A stretch of DNA of 18,000 bases. Origin: Candidatus Acetothermia bacterium. Its GTDB lineage: Bacteria; Bipolaricaulota; Bipolaricaulia; M55B111. Shown piece by piece: positions 8,552 to 16,699 of the stretch (positions within the stretch are counted from its first letter, which is position 1; the number at the start of each line of letters is the position of its first letter). The position numbers and the translations under genes are program-made. The stretch is taken from NCBI GenBank assembly GCA_046543235.1, contig JBKGZT010000026.1, forward strand, positions 1 through 18,000. The letters run 5' to 3'. The notes under the pieces were generated by a model. The model made no database searches, had not been told where the DNA came from, and was given only the letters and a program-made list of their open reading frames with translations.

Positions 8552-9754
8552 TTATTTCTCCACTTTAAGAACTTCCAGTGCCGGTAGTTCTTTCCCTCGT
8601 AAGAAGCCCAGGCAGGCTCCACCGCCGGTGGAAACGTGGTCCATCTGGTCGGCGAAGCCGAACTGTTTGATCGCGGCTCCTGTTTCTCCGCCGCCGATTA
8701 TCCGGTAACCCGATCCGTCCGCAACTGCTTCAGCTACTTCTTTGGTTCCGGCCTGGAAGGGTTCCAGTTCGAAGCCCCCCAGCGGACCGGCCCAGACGAG
8801 CGTCTCCGCGTTCTTGACTTCCTCGCCGTATTTCCTGATCGTTGCCGGTCCGATATCTATACCCATCCAGTCGGGCGGTATCTTCGTGGCATCGACAGTC
8901 TTGACTTCTCCTTCCTCGCTGAATTCTTTGGATACTTTCGCGTCTTCGGGCAGGAGGACCTCCGTAGTTCGGTCGTCCTTGACCTCTTCCAAAAAGTCCC
9001 GAACTTCATCCACCATCGATTCCTCTACGAGAGAGTCTCCGACCATGTGCCCCTGCGAGTGAAGGAAGGTGAAGGCCAGGGCCCCACCGATAAGGAACTT
9101 GTCAACCCTTTCCTTCATGTCCCAGAGAGCGCCGATCTTGCTGGATGCCTTTTTCCCGCCGATGATGGCTACAAAGGGGTGTTCCGGGCTCTCCACGGCT
9201 TTCGTAAGGCCTTTTACTTCCTTTAGAATCAACTTTCCGGCAGCGGCCGGTAGTTTTGTCGCCACTCCGTAGTTGGAGACGTGTTTTCTGTGAACCATGC
9301 CGAAGGCGTCGCTGACGAAGACGTCGGCCAGTTCGGCCAGGCTCTCGGTGAACTCGTCGTCGTTTGCCTTCTCTCCGGAGTAAAACCGGGTGTTCTCCAG
9401 GAGGATAATATTACCCGGATCAAGGGATTCTATTTCACCCCTTACCTCGGGACCTATGCAGTCATCTAGCTTCTTTACCTCCGTGTCGACGAGTTCGGCC
9501 AACTTCTCGCCGACCGGGTCGAGCCGTAGTTCCTCGTCCACTTCTCCTCCCGGCCTACCCAGGTGGCTCATTAGGATGACCTTGGCGTCGGCCTCCGTCA
9601 GGTAATTGATCGTGGGAAGGGCACTTTCAATTCGGTTGGCGTCGGCTACTTTTCCGTCCTCCAGGGGAACGTTGAAGTCCACCCGGACGAGAACGTTCTT
9701 TCCTTCCAGCGAAAGGTCTTCCATCGTTCTGTACTGTGATGTTGGGTCTATCAT
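8552..9754 (-). CDS. pgk: Phosphoglycerate kinase
   Basis: VLVRVDFNVP, MSHLGRP, LLENTRF, DAFG..HR, DIGP, HVSTGGGA; RBS AGGAGG upstream on the minus strand. Confidence 0.96.
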   Translation of the reverse strand: MIDPTSQYRTMEDLSLEGKNVLVRVDFNVPLEDGKVADANRIESALPTINYLTEADAKVILMSHLGRPGGEVDEELRLDPVGEKLAELVDTEVKKLDDCIGPEVRGEIESLDPGNIILLENTRFYSGEKANDDEFTESLAELADVFVSDAFGMVHRKHVSNYGVATKLPAAAGKLILKEVKGLTKAVESPEHPFVAIIGGKKASSKIGALWDMKERVDKFLIGGALAFTFLHSQGHMVGDSLVEESMVDEVRDFLEEVKDDRTTEVLLPEDAKVSKEFSEEGEVKTVDATKIPPDWMGIDIGPATIRKYGEEVKNAETLVWAGPLGGFELEPFQAGTKEVAEAVADGSGYRIIGGGETGAAIKQFGFADQMDHVSTGGGACLGFLRGKELPALEVLKVEK

Positions 9755-10173
9755 AATTCCCTCCTTTTCCTGTTGAAATGCTAGCTCGTAATTCGAGTAG
9801 GGCTCTTTTGTGATTATTCTAACAAATTCTAATGGAACTGGCTCGTCTACCTCAATGGGTCATACCCTCTCGATCTCCAAACGAGAGTCTGCCATGCAAG
9901 TAATCCTATGGTCCTTTGGTCTTTAATGGCAAATTTGGGCCGGAGCTTTTCTAGCCGGTCCACTCGACCGTAACTTGGATTAATTATGGTTCAAGAAGTG
10001 AGTCTAAGTTATTTTTTGGTGAAAGAATTGAAACAGAATGGCTCAGGTTGACCGCTCAAAGGGGTAGTTTCCTGATGGCCGTCCTTTCCGACCGGTAAGT
10101 TGGAGTGCCGCACACTCGTAGTTCCTCGGTCAACCGGGGATTTTGGCGAGGGTTACTTTCTTTCGATAATTGT

Positions 10174-10201
10174 TTGTCATGGGCGGCATTAGTGCTATAA
10201 T
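10174..10201 (+). promoter_or_regulatory. Sigma70-type promoter for the LolA-like gene
   Basis: TTGTCA (10174-10179), 16-nt spacer, TATAAT (10196-10201) with extended -10 TG; about 30 nt before the start codon. Confidence 0.7.
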
Positions 10202-10232
10202 TTAGTAATAACGCTATCGCAAAGGGGTTTTC

Positions 10233-11069
10233 TTGGAACACATGTTTTTAGACAAAAAAAGACTGATCGTTTTTACGCTGGTCTTTCTCCTGGCAATATC
10301 TCTGCTAAACCCGTTTGGAAGGGAAGTGGCGGGAGGAGAAGTGATAACCTCCACGGATGAGTTCATCTCGACGCTGGAGGCCGAATACGGAGATATAGTT
10401 AACTTCTCCGCCAGGCTCGACCTCACGGGCACCGAATCACCCGTATCGATCCAAGTGCTGGCTGTGACGGAACCGAGATGCCTGCGGGTTGAATACCTGT
10501 CCCCGGAAAGGCTGGAGGGTCAGTTCTTCTTGCTGGAGGAAAACTCCCTGTATCAGTACATGCCGGGGCGTAATTTGATAATAAAGAAGAGTCTTGAAGA
10601 GACGGAGGTGCCGATAGAGGCTACCAATCTGACGCCGGAGTACCTCCTTGAGTTGCTTCGATCGGACGACCTGGAAATAAATTTGATCGGGATTCCGGTT
10701 GAGATGAAGAGGGTGAACCATCGAAGGGGAACTTCTGATCTGGGTGCGACGCCGGGAGGAGGAGTCGGACCCGGTGCTTCGTTGGCCGGACAGGAATTGC
10801 CTCCGGGAAACGGTCCGGACATCGGTACGGGCGACTTATTCGGAGAGTACACGCTCGAGATAATACCCAAGTCCGGAGAAGAGTACGGGTTCTCACGACA
10901 GGTCATCCAAATCGATCGGGGAGACTTCCTGCCTCGAGAGCTGGTTACTTACTTCCCGGAGGAGAGCGAGCCGGTGTATACCACGGTTGAAGACGTGGAA
11001 ACGAACATTGAACTGGACCTCGAAGAAGTTAGAAGGTTGCCGGAGGACGCGGAGGTAATTGAGAAGTAA
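10233..11069 (+). CDS. LolA-like outer-membrane lipoprotein carrier / lipoprotein-sorting family protein
   Basis: Signal-like N-terminus. LolA-fold pattern: NFSARL, EPRCLRVEYLSPERLEGQFFLLEENSLYQYMPGRNLIIK, YTLEIIPK, IQIDRGDFLPRELVTY, VETNIELD...LPEDAEVIE. Start is TTG 10233 (AAAGGGG upstream) or ATG 10242. Confidence 0.72.
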   Translation: MEHMFLDKKRLIVFTLVFLLAISLLNPFGREVAGGEVITSTDEFISTLEAEYGDIVNFSARLDLTGTESPVSIQVLAVTEPRCLRVEYLSPERLEGQFFLLEENSLYQYMPGRNLIIKKSLEETEVPIEATNLTPEYLLELLRSDDLEINLIGIPVEMKRVNHRRGTSDLGATPGGGVGPGASLAGQELPPGNGPDIGTGDLFGEYTLEIIPKSGEEYGFSRQVIQIDRGDFLPRELVTYFPEESEPVYTTVEDVETNIELDLEEVRRLPEDAEVIEK

Positions 11070-11118
11070 AGTGGCATGCATAGTGTAGCATTTTTGTGTA
11101 GCATTCTACCTGTAAAAC

Positions 11119-11282
11119 TAGCTTTGGAAACCGTTCGACAAAACCAGGGGTCAATTTCCCCGGCGGGGAAATTGCCCTTTCCGATCTCGGCTCGCTCTCC
11201 AGCATTTAAGTTGCTATTGAGGTAAAAATTGAGCTCAATTTACAGCAAACGATGGGATTTTCCTGAACGGTTTCCAAAGCTA
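11119..11282. mobile_element. MITE-like element bounded by a perfect 18-bp inverted repeat
   Basis: TAGCTTTGGAAACCGTTC (11119-11136) and its exact reverse complement GAACGGTTTCCAAAGCTA (11265-11282). TA at both outer ends, non-coding, and the right end recurs at 17908-17948. Confidence 0.6.
11148..11180 (+). terminator. Hairpin inside the MITE-like element, possible terminator for the LolA-like gene
   Basis: CAATTTCCCC (11152-11161) / GGGGAAATTG (11165-11174) perfect 10-bp stem, extended by GGG/CCC and followed by TTT. Confidence 0.5.
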
Positions 11283-11340
11283 TAAATTCATTTTTCACGG
11301 TTGCTTCTACACTATCAGGGCACTTTAAAGGGGGGAACAT

Positions 11341-13164
11341 ATGTGTGGAATAGTTGGCTATTTAGGTGAGAGGGAGGCTCAACCGGTCCTCATCAATGGG
11401 TTAAAAAAGCTCGAGTACCGGGGTTACGACTCGGCCGGGGTGGCGGTTATGGGAGACAGGAAGATAGGGATAGAGAAGATGGCAGGAAGGATAACGGAAC
11501 TGGAGAGCGCTCTGGTGGATAACCCAAAACGGGGAAACGTCGGAATCGGACATACGAGGTGGGCAACTCACGGGGAACCAAACGACGAAAATGCCCATCC
11601 GCATAGGGGCTGTGGAAACGAGTACAGCCTGGTTCATAACGGGATCATAGAGAACCACCGCGAACTTCGGGAAGAACTACTGGAAAATGGCCACGAATTC
11701 ACCTCGAATACGGATTCCGAGGTGCTGATTCACCTGATCGAGGAAGGTGAAGGGAGCCTCGAGGAGAAGGTGCGAGACGCTCTTGGCCGCGTGAGAGGGA
11801 CCTTTGCCATTGCCGTTCTGAGCGAAAGCTCGCCGGAAAAGATAGTCGGAGCCCGACGCGGTAGTCCTCTCGTGGTGGGTTCTATGGAAAAGGAAAGGCT
11901 TATTGCCTCGGACGTGCCGGCCATGCTGGACTACACGAACCAGATAACTTACCTCGAGGACGACCAGGTGGTATCTCTGAAGGAAACGGGCGTGGAGATA
12001 ACGGATCTGGACGGCAACCCGGCAGAGGCGGAAACCCGGGAGATCGATTGGGACCCCGTGGCGGCACGCAAGGAAGGTTACAAGCATTTTATGCTGAAGG
12101 AAATACACGAGCAGCCCGAGGCGGTAGGGGATACGATTCGGGGCAGGGGTTTTTCCCGGGGTAAGCTGAGGATGGACGAGGGCGAGCTTGACGAGAGGAC
12201 ATTAAAAGACGTAGACAAGTTGTTTATCGTTGCCTGTGGAACATCGGCCTACGCGGGAATGGTCGCGAAATACATCTGGGAGGTGTTCTTGAACCTCCCG
12301 ATAGAAGTGGAACTTGGCTCCGAGTTTCGCTACAGGAATCCACCGCTGGACGAAGACTCCCTGGTGGTCGGAATATCACAATCCGGCGAGACAGCCGATA
12401 CGCTGGCAGGGCTTGAAAAGGCGAAGGAGAAGGGGGCGACGATCGCGTCCGTCGTCAACGTCCTCGGTTCCACGGTTACCAGGCGATCCGACGGGGTTCT
12501 GTACACCCACGCCGGCCCGGAGATAGGTGTAGCCTCCACGAAAGCCTTTACCTCGCAGCTGGCCGCCCTGACCTTACTGGGTTTGGAGATAGGCCGGATG
12601 AGGGGAAGTATTTCAGGGAAGAAGGCGGAAGAAACTGCCAGTAAACTCGGAAAGGCCCCCGCTCTCCTCAGGGAGCAGCTCGAAGAAGAGGCACGGATAG
12701 TGGAGCTCGCCGAGGAGTTCTACGAGAAAGAGGACTTCCTGTTTCTCGGGAGAGATGTCCTCTATCCGGTTGCAATGGAGGGTGCTCTGAAGTTAAAGGA
12801 GATTTCCTATATCCACGCTGAAGGCTACCCCGCCGGCGAGATGAAGCATGGACCGATAGCTTTGATCGACGAGGACATGCCCGTGGTGGCGCTAATCACG
12901 AAGAACTCCGTTTACGACAAGGTTTACTCAAATATCGAAGAGGTCCGGGCCAGAAAAGGACGGGTAATAGTTTTAACCGACGAGGTGACCTCCGATACGG
13001 AGGATATAGCTGACGAGTTGATCGCACTCCCGGAAACGGATAAGATCCTGACTCCAATGATATTTACCGTGCCGCTGCAGCTGCTTGCCTATCACATTGG
13101 CGTACTCAGGGGAACGGACGTAGATCAGCCGAGAAACCTGGCAAAAAGCGTCACCGTTGAGTAA
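11341..13164 (+). CDS. glmS: Glutamine--fructose-6-phosphate transaminase (isomerizing)
   Basis: MCGIVGY, LEYRGYDSAG, GHTRWATHG, HNGIIEN, SQSGETADT, GPEIGVASTKAFT, EGALKLKEISYIHAEGY, DQPRNLAKSVTVE. Confidence 0.98.
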   Translation: MCGIVGYLGEREAQPVLINGLKKLEYRGYDSAGVAVMGDRKIGIEKMAGRITELESALVDNPKRGNVGIGHTRWATHGEPNDENAHPHRGCGNEYSLVHNGIIENHRELREELLENGHEFTSNTDSEVLIHLIEEGEGSLEEKVRDALGRVRGTFAIAVLSESSPEKIVGARRGSPLVVGSMEKERLIASDVPAMLDYTNQITYLEDDQVVSLKETGVEITDLDGNPAEAETREIDWDPVAARKEGYKHFMLKEIHEQPEAVGDTIRGRGFSRGKLRMDEGELDERTLKDVDKLFIVACGTSAYAGMVAKYIWEVFLNLPIEVELGSEFRYRNPPLDEDSLVVGISQSGETADTLAGLEKAKEKGATIASVVNVLGSTVTRRSDGVLYTHAGPEIGVASTKAFTSQLAALTLLGLEIGRMRGSISGKKAEETASKLGKAPALLREQLEEEARIVELAEEFYEKEDFLFLGRDVLYPVAMEGALKLKEISYIHAEGYPAGEMKHGPIALIDEDMPVVALITKNSVYDKVYSNIEEVRARKGRVIVLTDEVTSDTEDIADELIALPETDKILTPMIFTVPLQLLAYHIGVLRGTDVDQPRNLAKSVTVE

Positions 13165-13173
13165 TAACCAACC

Positions 13174-13191
13174 CTCCCCCCGTAAGGGGAG
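13174..13191. terminator. Short hairpin between convergent glmS and pheS
   Basis: CTCCCC / GGGGAG stem with a 6-nt loop, 9 nt after the glmS stop; no U-tract. Confidence 0.35.
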
Positions 13192-13238
13192 ATAGCGCTT
13201 GGCTTCCGAGTGTGATAAACCTGACGGTGTTTTTCCGT

Positions 13239-14246
13239 CTAAAACTGTTCCAGGAAACGCAGGTCGTTTCTGTAGAAGTGCCTGATGTCGTCGATCCCGT
13301 ACTTGAGCATCGCCATTCGTTCGACCCCGAGACCCAGGGCGAATCCCTGAAATTCCTCCGGCTCGTAGTCCACTGCCTTCAGCACGTCCGGATCCACCAT
13401 TCCGGATCCCATGATCTCCAACCAGTCTTCTCCGTCGGGAGCTTTCACGTCCACTTCCGCGCTCGGTTCGGTGAACGGGAAGTAATCCGCCCTGAACCTC
13501 ATGGAAAACTCCGGCCCGAAGAACTCTTCGACAAATGTCCTTATTACGTACTTCAGGTTGGCGAAAGTCAGCTCTTCGTCGACCCATAGGAGTTCTACCT
13601 GGTGGAAGACCGGGTAGTGAGTCGCGTCAGGAGTATCCCTACGATAGCACTTGCCGGGACAGATGATCTTGACGGGTGGTTCCCCCTTTTCCATTTCTCT
13701 TATCTGGACGGGAGAAGTGTGGGTTCTGAGCAGGTGTTCGTCGTCAACGTAGAGCGAGTCCCATTCGTCCCTGGCGGGGTGCATTTCGGGTATGTTAAGG
13801 GCCTCGAAATTGTAGTAGTCCGTCTCGATTTCGGGGCCGAGGGCCAGCGAGAAACCCATCCGCTGGAAGATGGAAGTTAGTTCATCGCTGACCTGGGTCA
13901 GCACGTGTCTTTTTCCGACTCCGCGCCTTCTGCCAGGAAGGGTAACGTCGATCCGCTCCTCTTCCAGCTGTTCTTCCTGCTGGAGCTGCTCGAACTTCTC
14001 TTTCTTTTCCTCTACCTTCTGCTCCAGGGAGGATTTGAGCTTATTTATCTCCTTTCCCGCCTCCGCCTTGTCTTCGTCGGGTAGGTCGGCAAGTTCCGAA
14101 AAAAGCTCCTGAACCTTGCCGTTTCGACCCAGGTAGTTAACCCGGAATTCTTCACACTCCTGAAGCGACTCTACCCCCTTCAGGTCCTCTCGCGATCCTC
14201 TCTCGATCTCTTCCGTTTTGTCTTTGAGCTCTTCCAGAGCTGACAT
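13239..14246 (-). CDS. pheS: Phenylalanine--tRNA ligase alpha subunit
   Basis: IDVTLPGR, YYNFEALNIPEMHPARD, LLRTHTSPVQIR, PGKCYRRD..DATHYPVFHQVE, YFPFTEPSAEVD, GLGVERMAMLKYGIDDIR, NDLRFLEQF. Confidence 0.98.
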   Translation of the reverse strand: MSALEELKDKTEEIERGSREDLKGVESLQECEEFRVNYLGRNGKVQELFSELADLPDEDKAEAGKEINKLKSSLEQKVEEKKEKFEQLQQEEQLEEERIDVTLPGRRRGVGKRHVLTQVSDELTSIFQRMGFSLALGPEIETDYYNFEALNIPEMHPARDEWDSLYVDDEHLLRTHTSPVQIREMEKGEPPVKIICPGKCYRRDTPDATHYPVFHQVELLWVDEELTFANLKYVIRTFVEEFFGPEFSMRFRADYFPFTEPSAEVDVKAPDGEDWLEIMGSGMVDPDVLKAVDYEPEEFQGFALGLGVERMAMLKYGIDDIRHFYRNDLRFLEQF

Positions 14247-14336
14247 GTCTAGCCAAACCTCTCCTGATGGCGGTAACTAGGTTTAAGACTGAACTCGAGT
14301 TACGGGCCGCGTTCCGAATCCGGGCCCGTTAAGGAC

Positions 14337-14654
14337 CTACTTCTGTTTGTAGGATTCGCCGTCGTTTGTAGCTTTAAGGTTTTTCTCCACCTTCTCGCTG
14401 AAACCCTTGCCGGGTGAAAACTTGGGCGTAACCTTGCTCGGTACCTCTATTTTTTCGCCGGTCTGCGGGTGGCGCTTTACCGTGGACTTTCTCGGATTGG
14501 GCTTGAAGGTGCCGAAGTTTACCAATCTTACTTCCTCGCCTTTTGCGACCTCGTCGGTAATTACCTCTACGACCTGGTTCACCAGCTCGCGACATTCCTG
14601 CTTCGTACAGTCCGAACTCCTGTAAATACTGTCGACCAATTCGCCTTTGTTCAT
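14337..14654 (-). CDS. hup: HU family DNA-binding protein
   Basis: MNKGELVD...GEEVRLVNFGTF...RHPQTGEKIEVP...PKFSPGKGF; RBS AGGAGG at 14662-14667 (minus strand). Confidence 0.9.
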   Translation of the reverse strand: MNKGELVDSIYRSSDCTKQECRELVNQVVEVITDEVAKGEEVRLVNFGTFKPNPRKSTVKRHPQTGEKIEVPSKVTPKFSPGKGFSEKVEKNLKATNDGESYKQK

Positions 14655-14745
14655 CGAAAAACCTCCTTTTGAGATGAATAAAGTTGATTTGGTGGAAGAT
14701 AAAAATTCTTCCCGTCTCTTGACAACTACACCATTACAAATCCCA

Positions 14746-14774
14746 ATTCTACGGGCTTATCGGGCATTTCTCAA
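14746..14774 (-). promoter_or_regulatory. Sigma70-type promoter for the HU gene
   Basis: Minus strand TTGAGA (14774-14769), 17-nt spacer, TAGAAT (14751-14746), about 90 nt upstream of the start codon. Confidence 0.65.
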
Positions 14775-14818
14775 GTTTTCAATTAATCACAAGTTCGGTC
14801 TCAACACTAAAGGTTTCA

Positions 14819-16636
14819 TCAGGAGGAATATCTTCTCCTGTACAGGTTCTTATCTTTGAACGCGTTTCCGGAGACTTGATCGGTCAACTTGATTCTTTCC
14901 GAGTCCTTTTCTTCTTGTGACCCTTCCGTTCTCCTCAACGGTTTGGTGAATTCCTTCTTCAGCTTGGATATGACGACGTGTTTTTCCCGGCGACCCAGGT
15001 CGGGTTTGTATATCGAGAACTCCTTCTCCACGAAGCCCTTCAGGTTGGCTCGGTAGTGTAACCCAGTTGACCTGTTCTCCCTGACGATTAAACCCAGGTC
15101 AAGCAGGTTGGTGGGTCTTTTGGAAAGGAGCAGGCCGTTGGGTTTCTTCAACCAGGCGCTTATCTGATCCACGCTATAGGAATGAGGTCGATGACTTACG
15201 AGAAAAGCCAGGATCTTTCTCTCCAGTCTGCTGAAACGCTGAGTTTTTCCTATTAAGTAGTTGGTCTCCTGTCTGATTGCCTCCGGTAACTTTCGAAATT
15301 CGTCTTCGGTCGGGGGTTTTTCTCGTGTCGTCCCCTTTTCGTTCCCTTTTTCGTAAGGCAGACCGAAGGTAGTTGCCCGCGAATCCTCCTTTCCCTCGTT
15401 TTTTTTCGGAGTTTTTACCTCGGTTACAGGTTTATCATCCCTTTCCTCAACCGATAATTCCGAGAAATTCGGTATATTTCTTTCCACTTTGTCTATATCC
15501 TTCACGCTTTTACCCTCCTCCTGTCTTTCCGCCAGGGTCTCGGCTATGGTTTTTAGCGCTTCCTCCTTCTCGCCGTTCTTTATGACGTCGGCTATCTCCA
15601 GGGATTCAATTACCGCTTTTGAGATGTTCTGCACTTCCGGGAGTTTGGAGGTATCCGCATCGACCTCGATATAGCCGAGAGTTTCCGCGGTCCTTTTCAG
15701 TTCTTTTACTTTTTCGTCCTTAGTCTCGAGCTCTTCCCTGAGCTCTTCGACCTGTTCTTCCAGCTGGTCCACCCTGCTCTTTTCCCTTTTACCCTCCTTC
15801 TTTGCTTCCTCGATGGCGTTGATGATGCTTTCCCCGACCTGTTTGAGCTGCGGGGTTTCCACCGTATCCAGAGAGGGTGTGAAGCCGGCGTGGAAGGTGG
15901 AGCGTTCCCGGACGTAAATCTCCTTTGTTTCCTTCTCGTCAAGGTAAATACAGTCACCGGTATCCAGTTTGTTTACCTTGTCCCTTACCTTCCCCTTTTT
16001 CCACGGCAAAAGGTCGTTGTAGACCTTCATGTCCGCTTCGTGGACTACCCGGTGCAGGAAGAGCATGCCGGCCTGGGTCAGTACGTCCTTTTCCACTTTC
16101 GCGCTACGCTGAGAGATTATGACCGCTCCCAAACCTCGCTTCCGGCCCCGCAGGGAAAGACGGGTGATGATCTCCTTGAGCTCGTTTTTCTTGCCCTGGG
16201 GGATGAATTCATGCGATTCCTCGATTCCGATCATGTAGGGCTTGCGTAGTTTGCCGGCCCAGTTCCACAGCGCCGTAAAGTAGTTCTCAAGCATCTCGTG
16301 CTGGTCATCCTTCAGGTAGCCGCTTAAGTCGAGGACTACCGGAATGCTTTCCTTCAGGCTTATCTCGGCGACCTGGGGGGCGTCCTCTGGTTCGATCGTG
16401 ATGTCTACGTTCTTACCTTCCCCGATAACCAGGAGCTCGTATTCCTCCTTCAGGCCGAAGTACTCTCCGTCGATGTCGACGACCGTTAAAGGGTAGTTGT
16501 GCTTTAGAAGCTCCTCGAAGATGACACCGGCGGTATTCGATTTACCCGAGCCCCTGATTCCGAGAATGCCGATGCACTTGCCAATTATCTCGTCCAGTTT
16601 GAAATCAAGATCGTCACTGATATGGAGCTTTTTCAC
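14819..16636 (-). CDS. DUF87/HerA-FtsK superfamily P-loop ATPase with coiled coil, low-complexity linker and probable C-terminal winged helix
   Basis: Walker A GIRGSGKSNT, VVDIDGEY, Walker B IGIEESHEF, RGRKRG..IISQRS arginine-finger region. Coiled coil RVDQLEEQVEELREELETKDEKVKELK. wHTH-like C-terminus (ERKILAFL...YSVDQISAWL...LLDLGLIVR...HYRAN). Start placed at GTG 16636 because AGGAGG lies 5 nt upstream; the ORF track starts at 16651. Confidence 0.85.
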   Translation of the reverse strand: MKKLHISDDLDFKLDEIIGKCIGILGIRGSGKSNTAGVIFEELLKHNYPLTVVDIDGEYFGLKEEYELLVIGEGKNVDITIEPEDAPQVAEISLKESIPVVLDLSGYLKDDQHEMLENYFTALWNWAGKLRKPYMIGIEESHEFIPQGKKNELKEIITRLSLRGRKRGLGAVIISQRSAKVEKDVLTQAGMLFLHRVVHEADMKVYNDLLPWKKGKVRDKVNKLDTGDCIYLDEKETKEIYVRERSTFHAGFTPSLDTVETPQLKQVGESIINAIEEAKKEGKREKSRVDQLEEQVEELREELETKDEKVKELKRTAETLGYIEVDADTSKLPEVQNISKAVIESLEIADVIKNGEKEEALKTIAETLAERQEEGKSVKDIDKVERNIPNFSELSVEERDDKPVTEVKTPKKNEGKEDSRATTFGLPYEKGNEKGTTREKPPTEDEFRKLPEAIRQETNYLIGKTQRFSRLERKILAFLVSHRPHSYSVDQISAWLKKPNGLLLSKRPTNLLDLGLIVRENRSTGLHYRANLKGFVEKEFSIYKPDLGRREKHVVISKLKKEFTKPLRRTEGSQEEKDSERIKLTDQVSGNAFKDKNLYRRRYSS

Positions 16637-16699
16637 GTTTTCCTCCTGCAATAGCCTTTATAACGGATTTGTGGGCTATTTGCAATCGATTCAACCGGC

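Noticed and set aside
11070-11340. glmS ribozyme upstream of glmS
   Set aside because: The conserved core (AGCGCC cleavage-site segment and GACGAGG) is not present; the region is occupied by the inverted-repeat element.
12973-13587. 204-aa minus-strand ORF and the other short ORFs overlapping or antisense to the main genes
   Set aside because: They lie within well-supported genes and are explained as shadow frames of the codon bias.
14247-14336. T-box or attenuator upstream of pheS
   Set aside because: Only 90 nt, with no T-box consensus and no Phe-rich leader peptide.
16637-16651. TTG start at 16651 for the ATPase, as in the ORF track
   Set aside because: This stretch contains the AGGAGG ribosome-binding site for the in-frame GTG at 16636, which is the more likely start.
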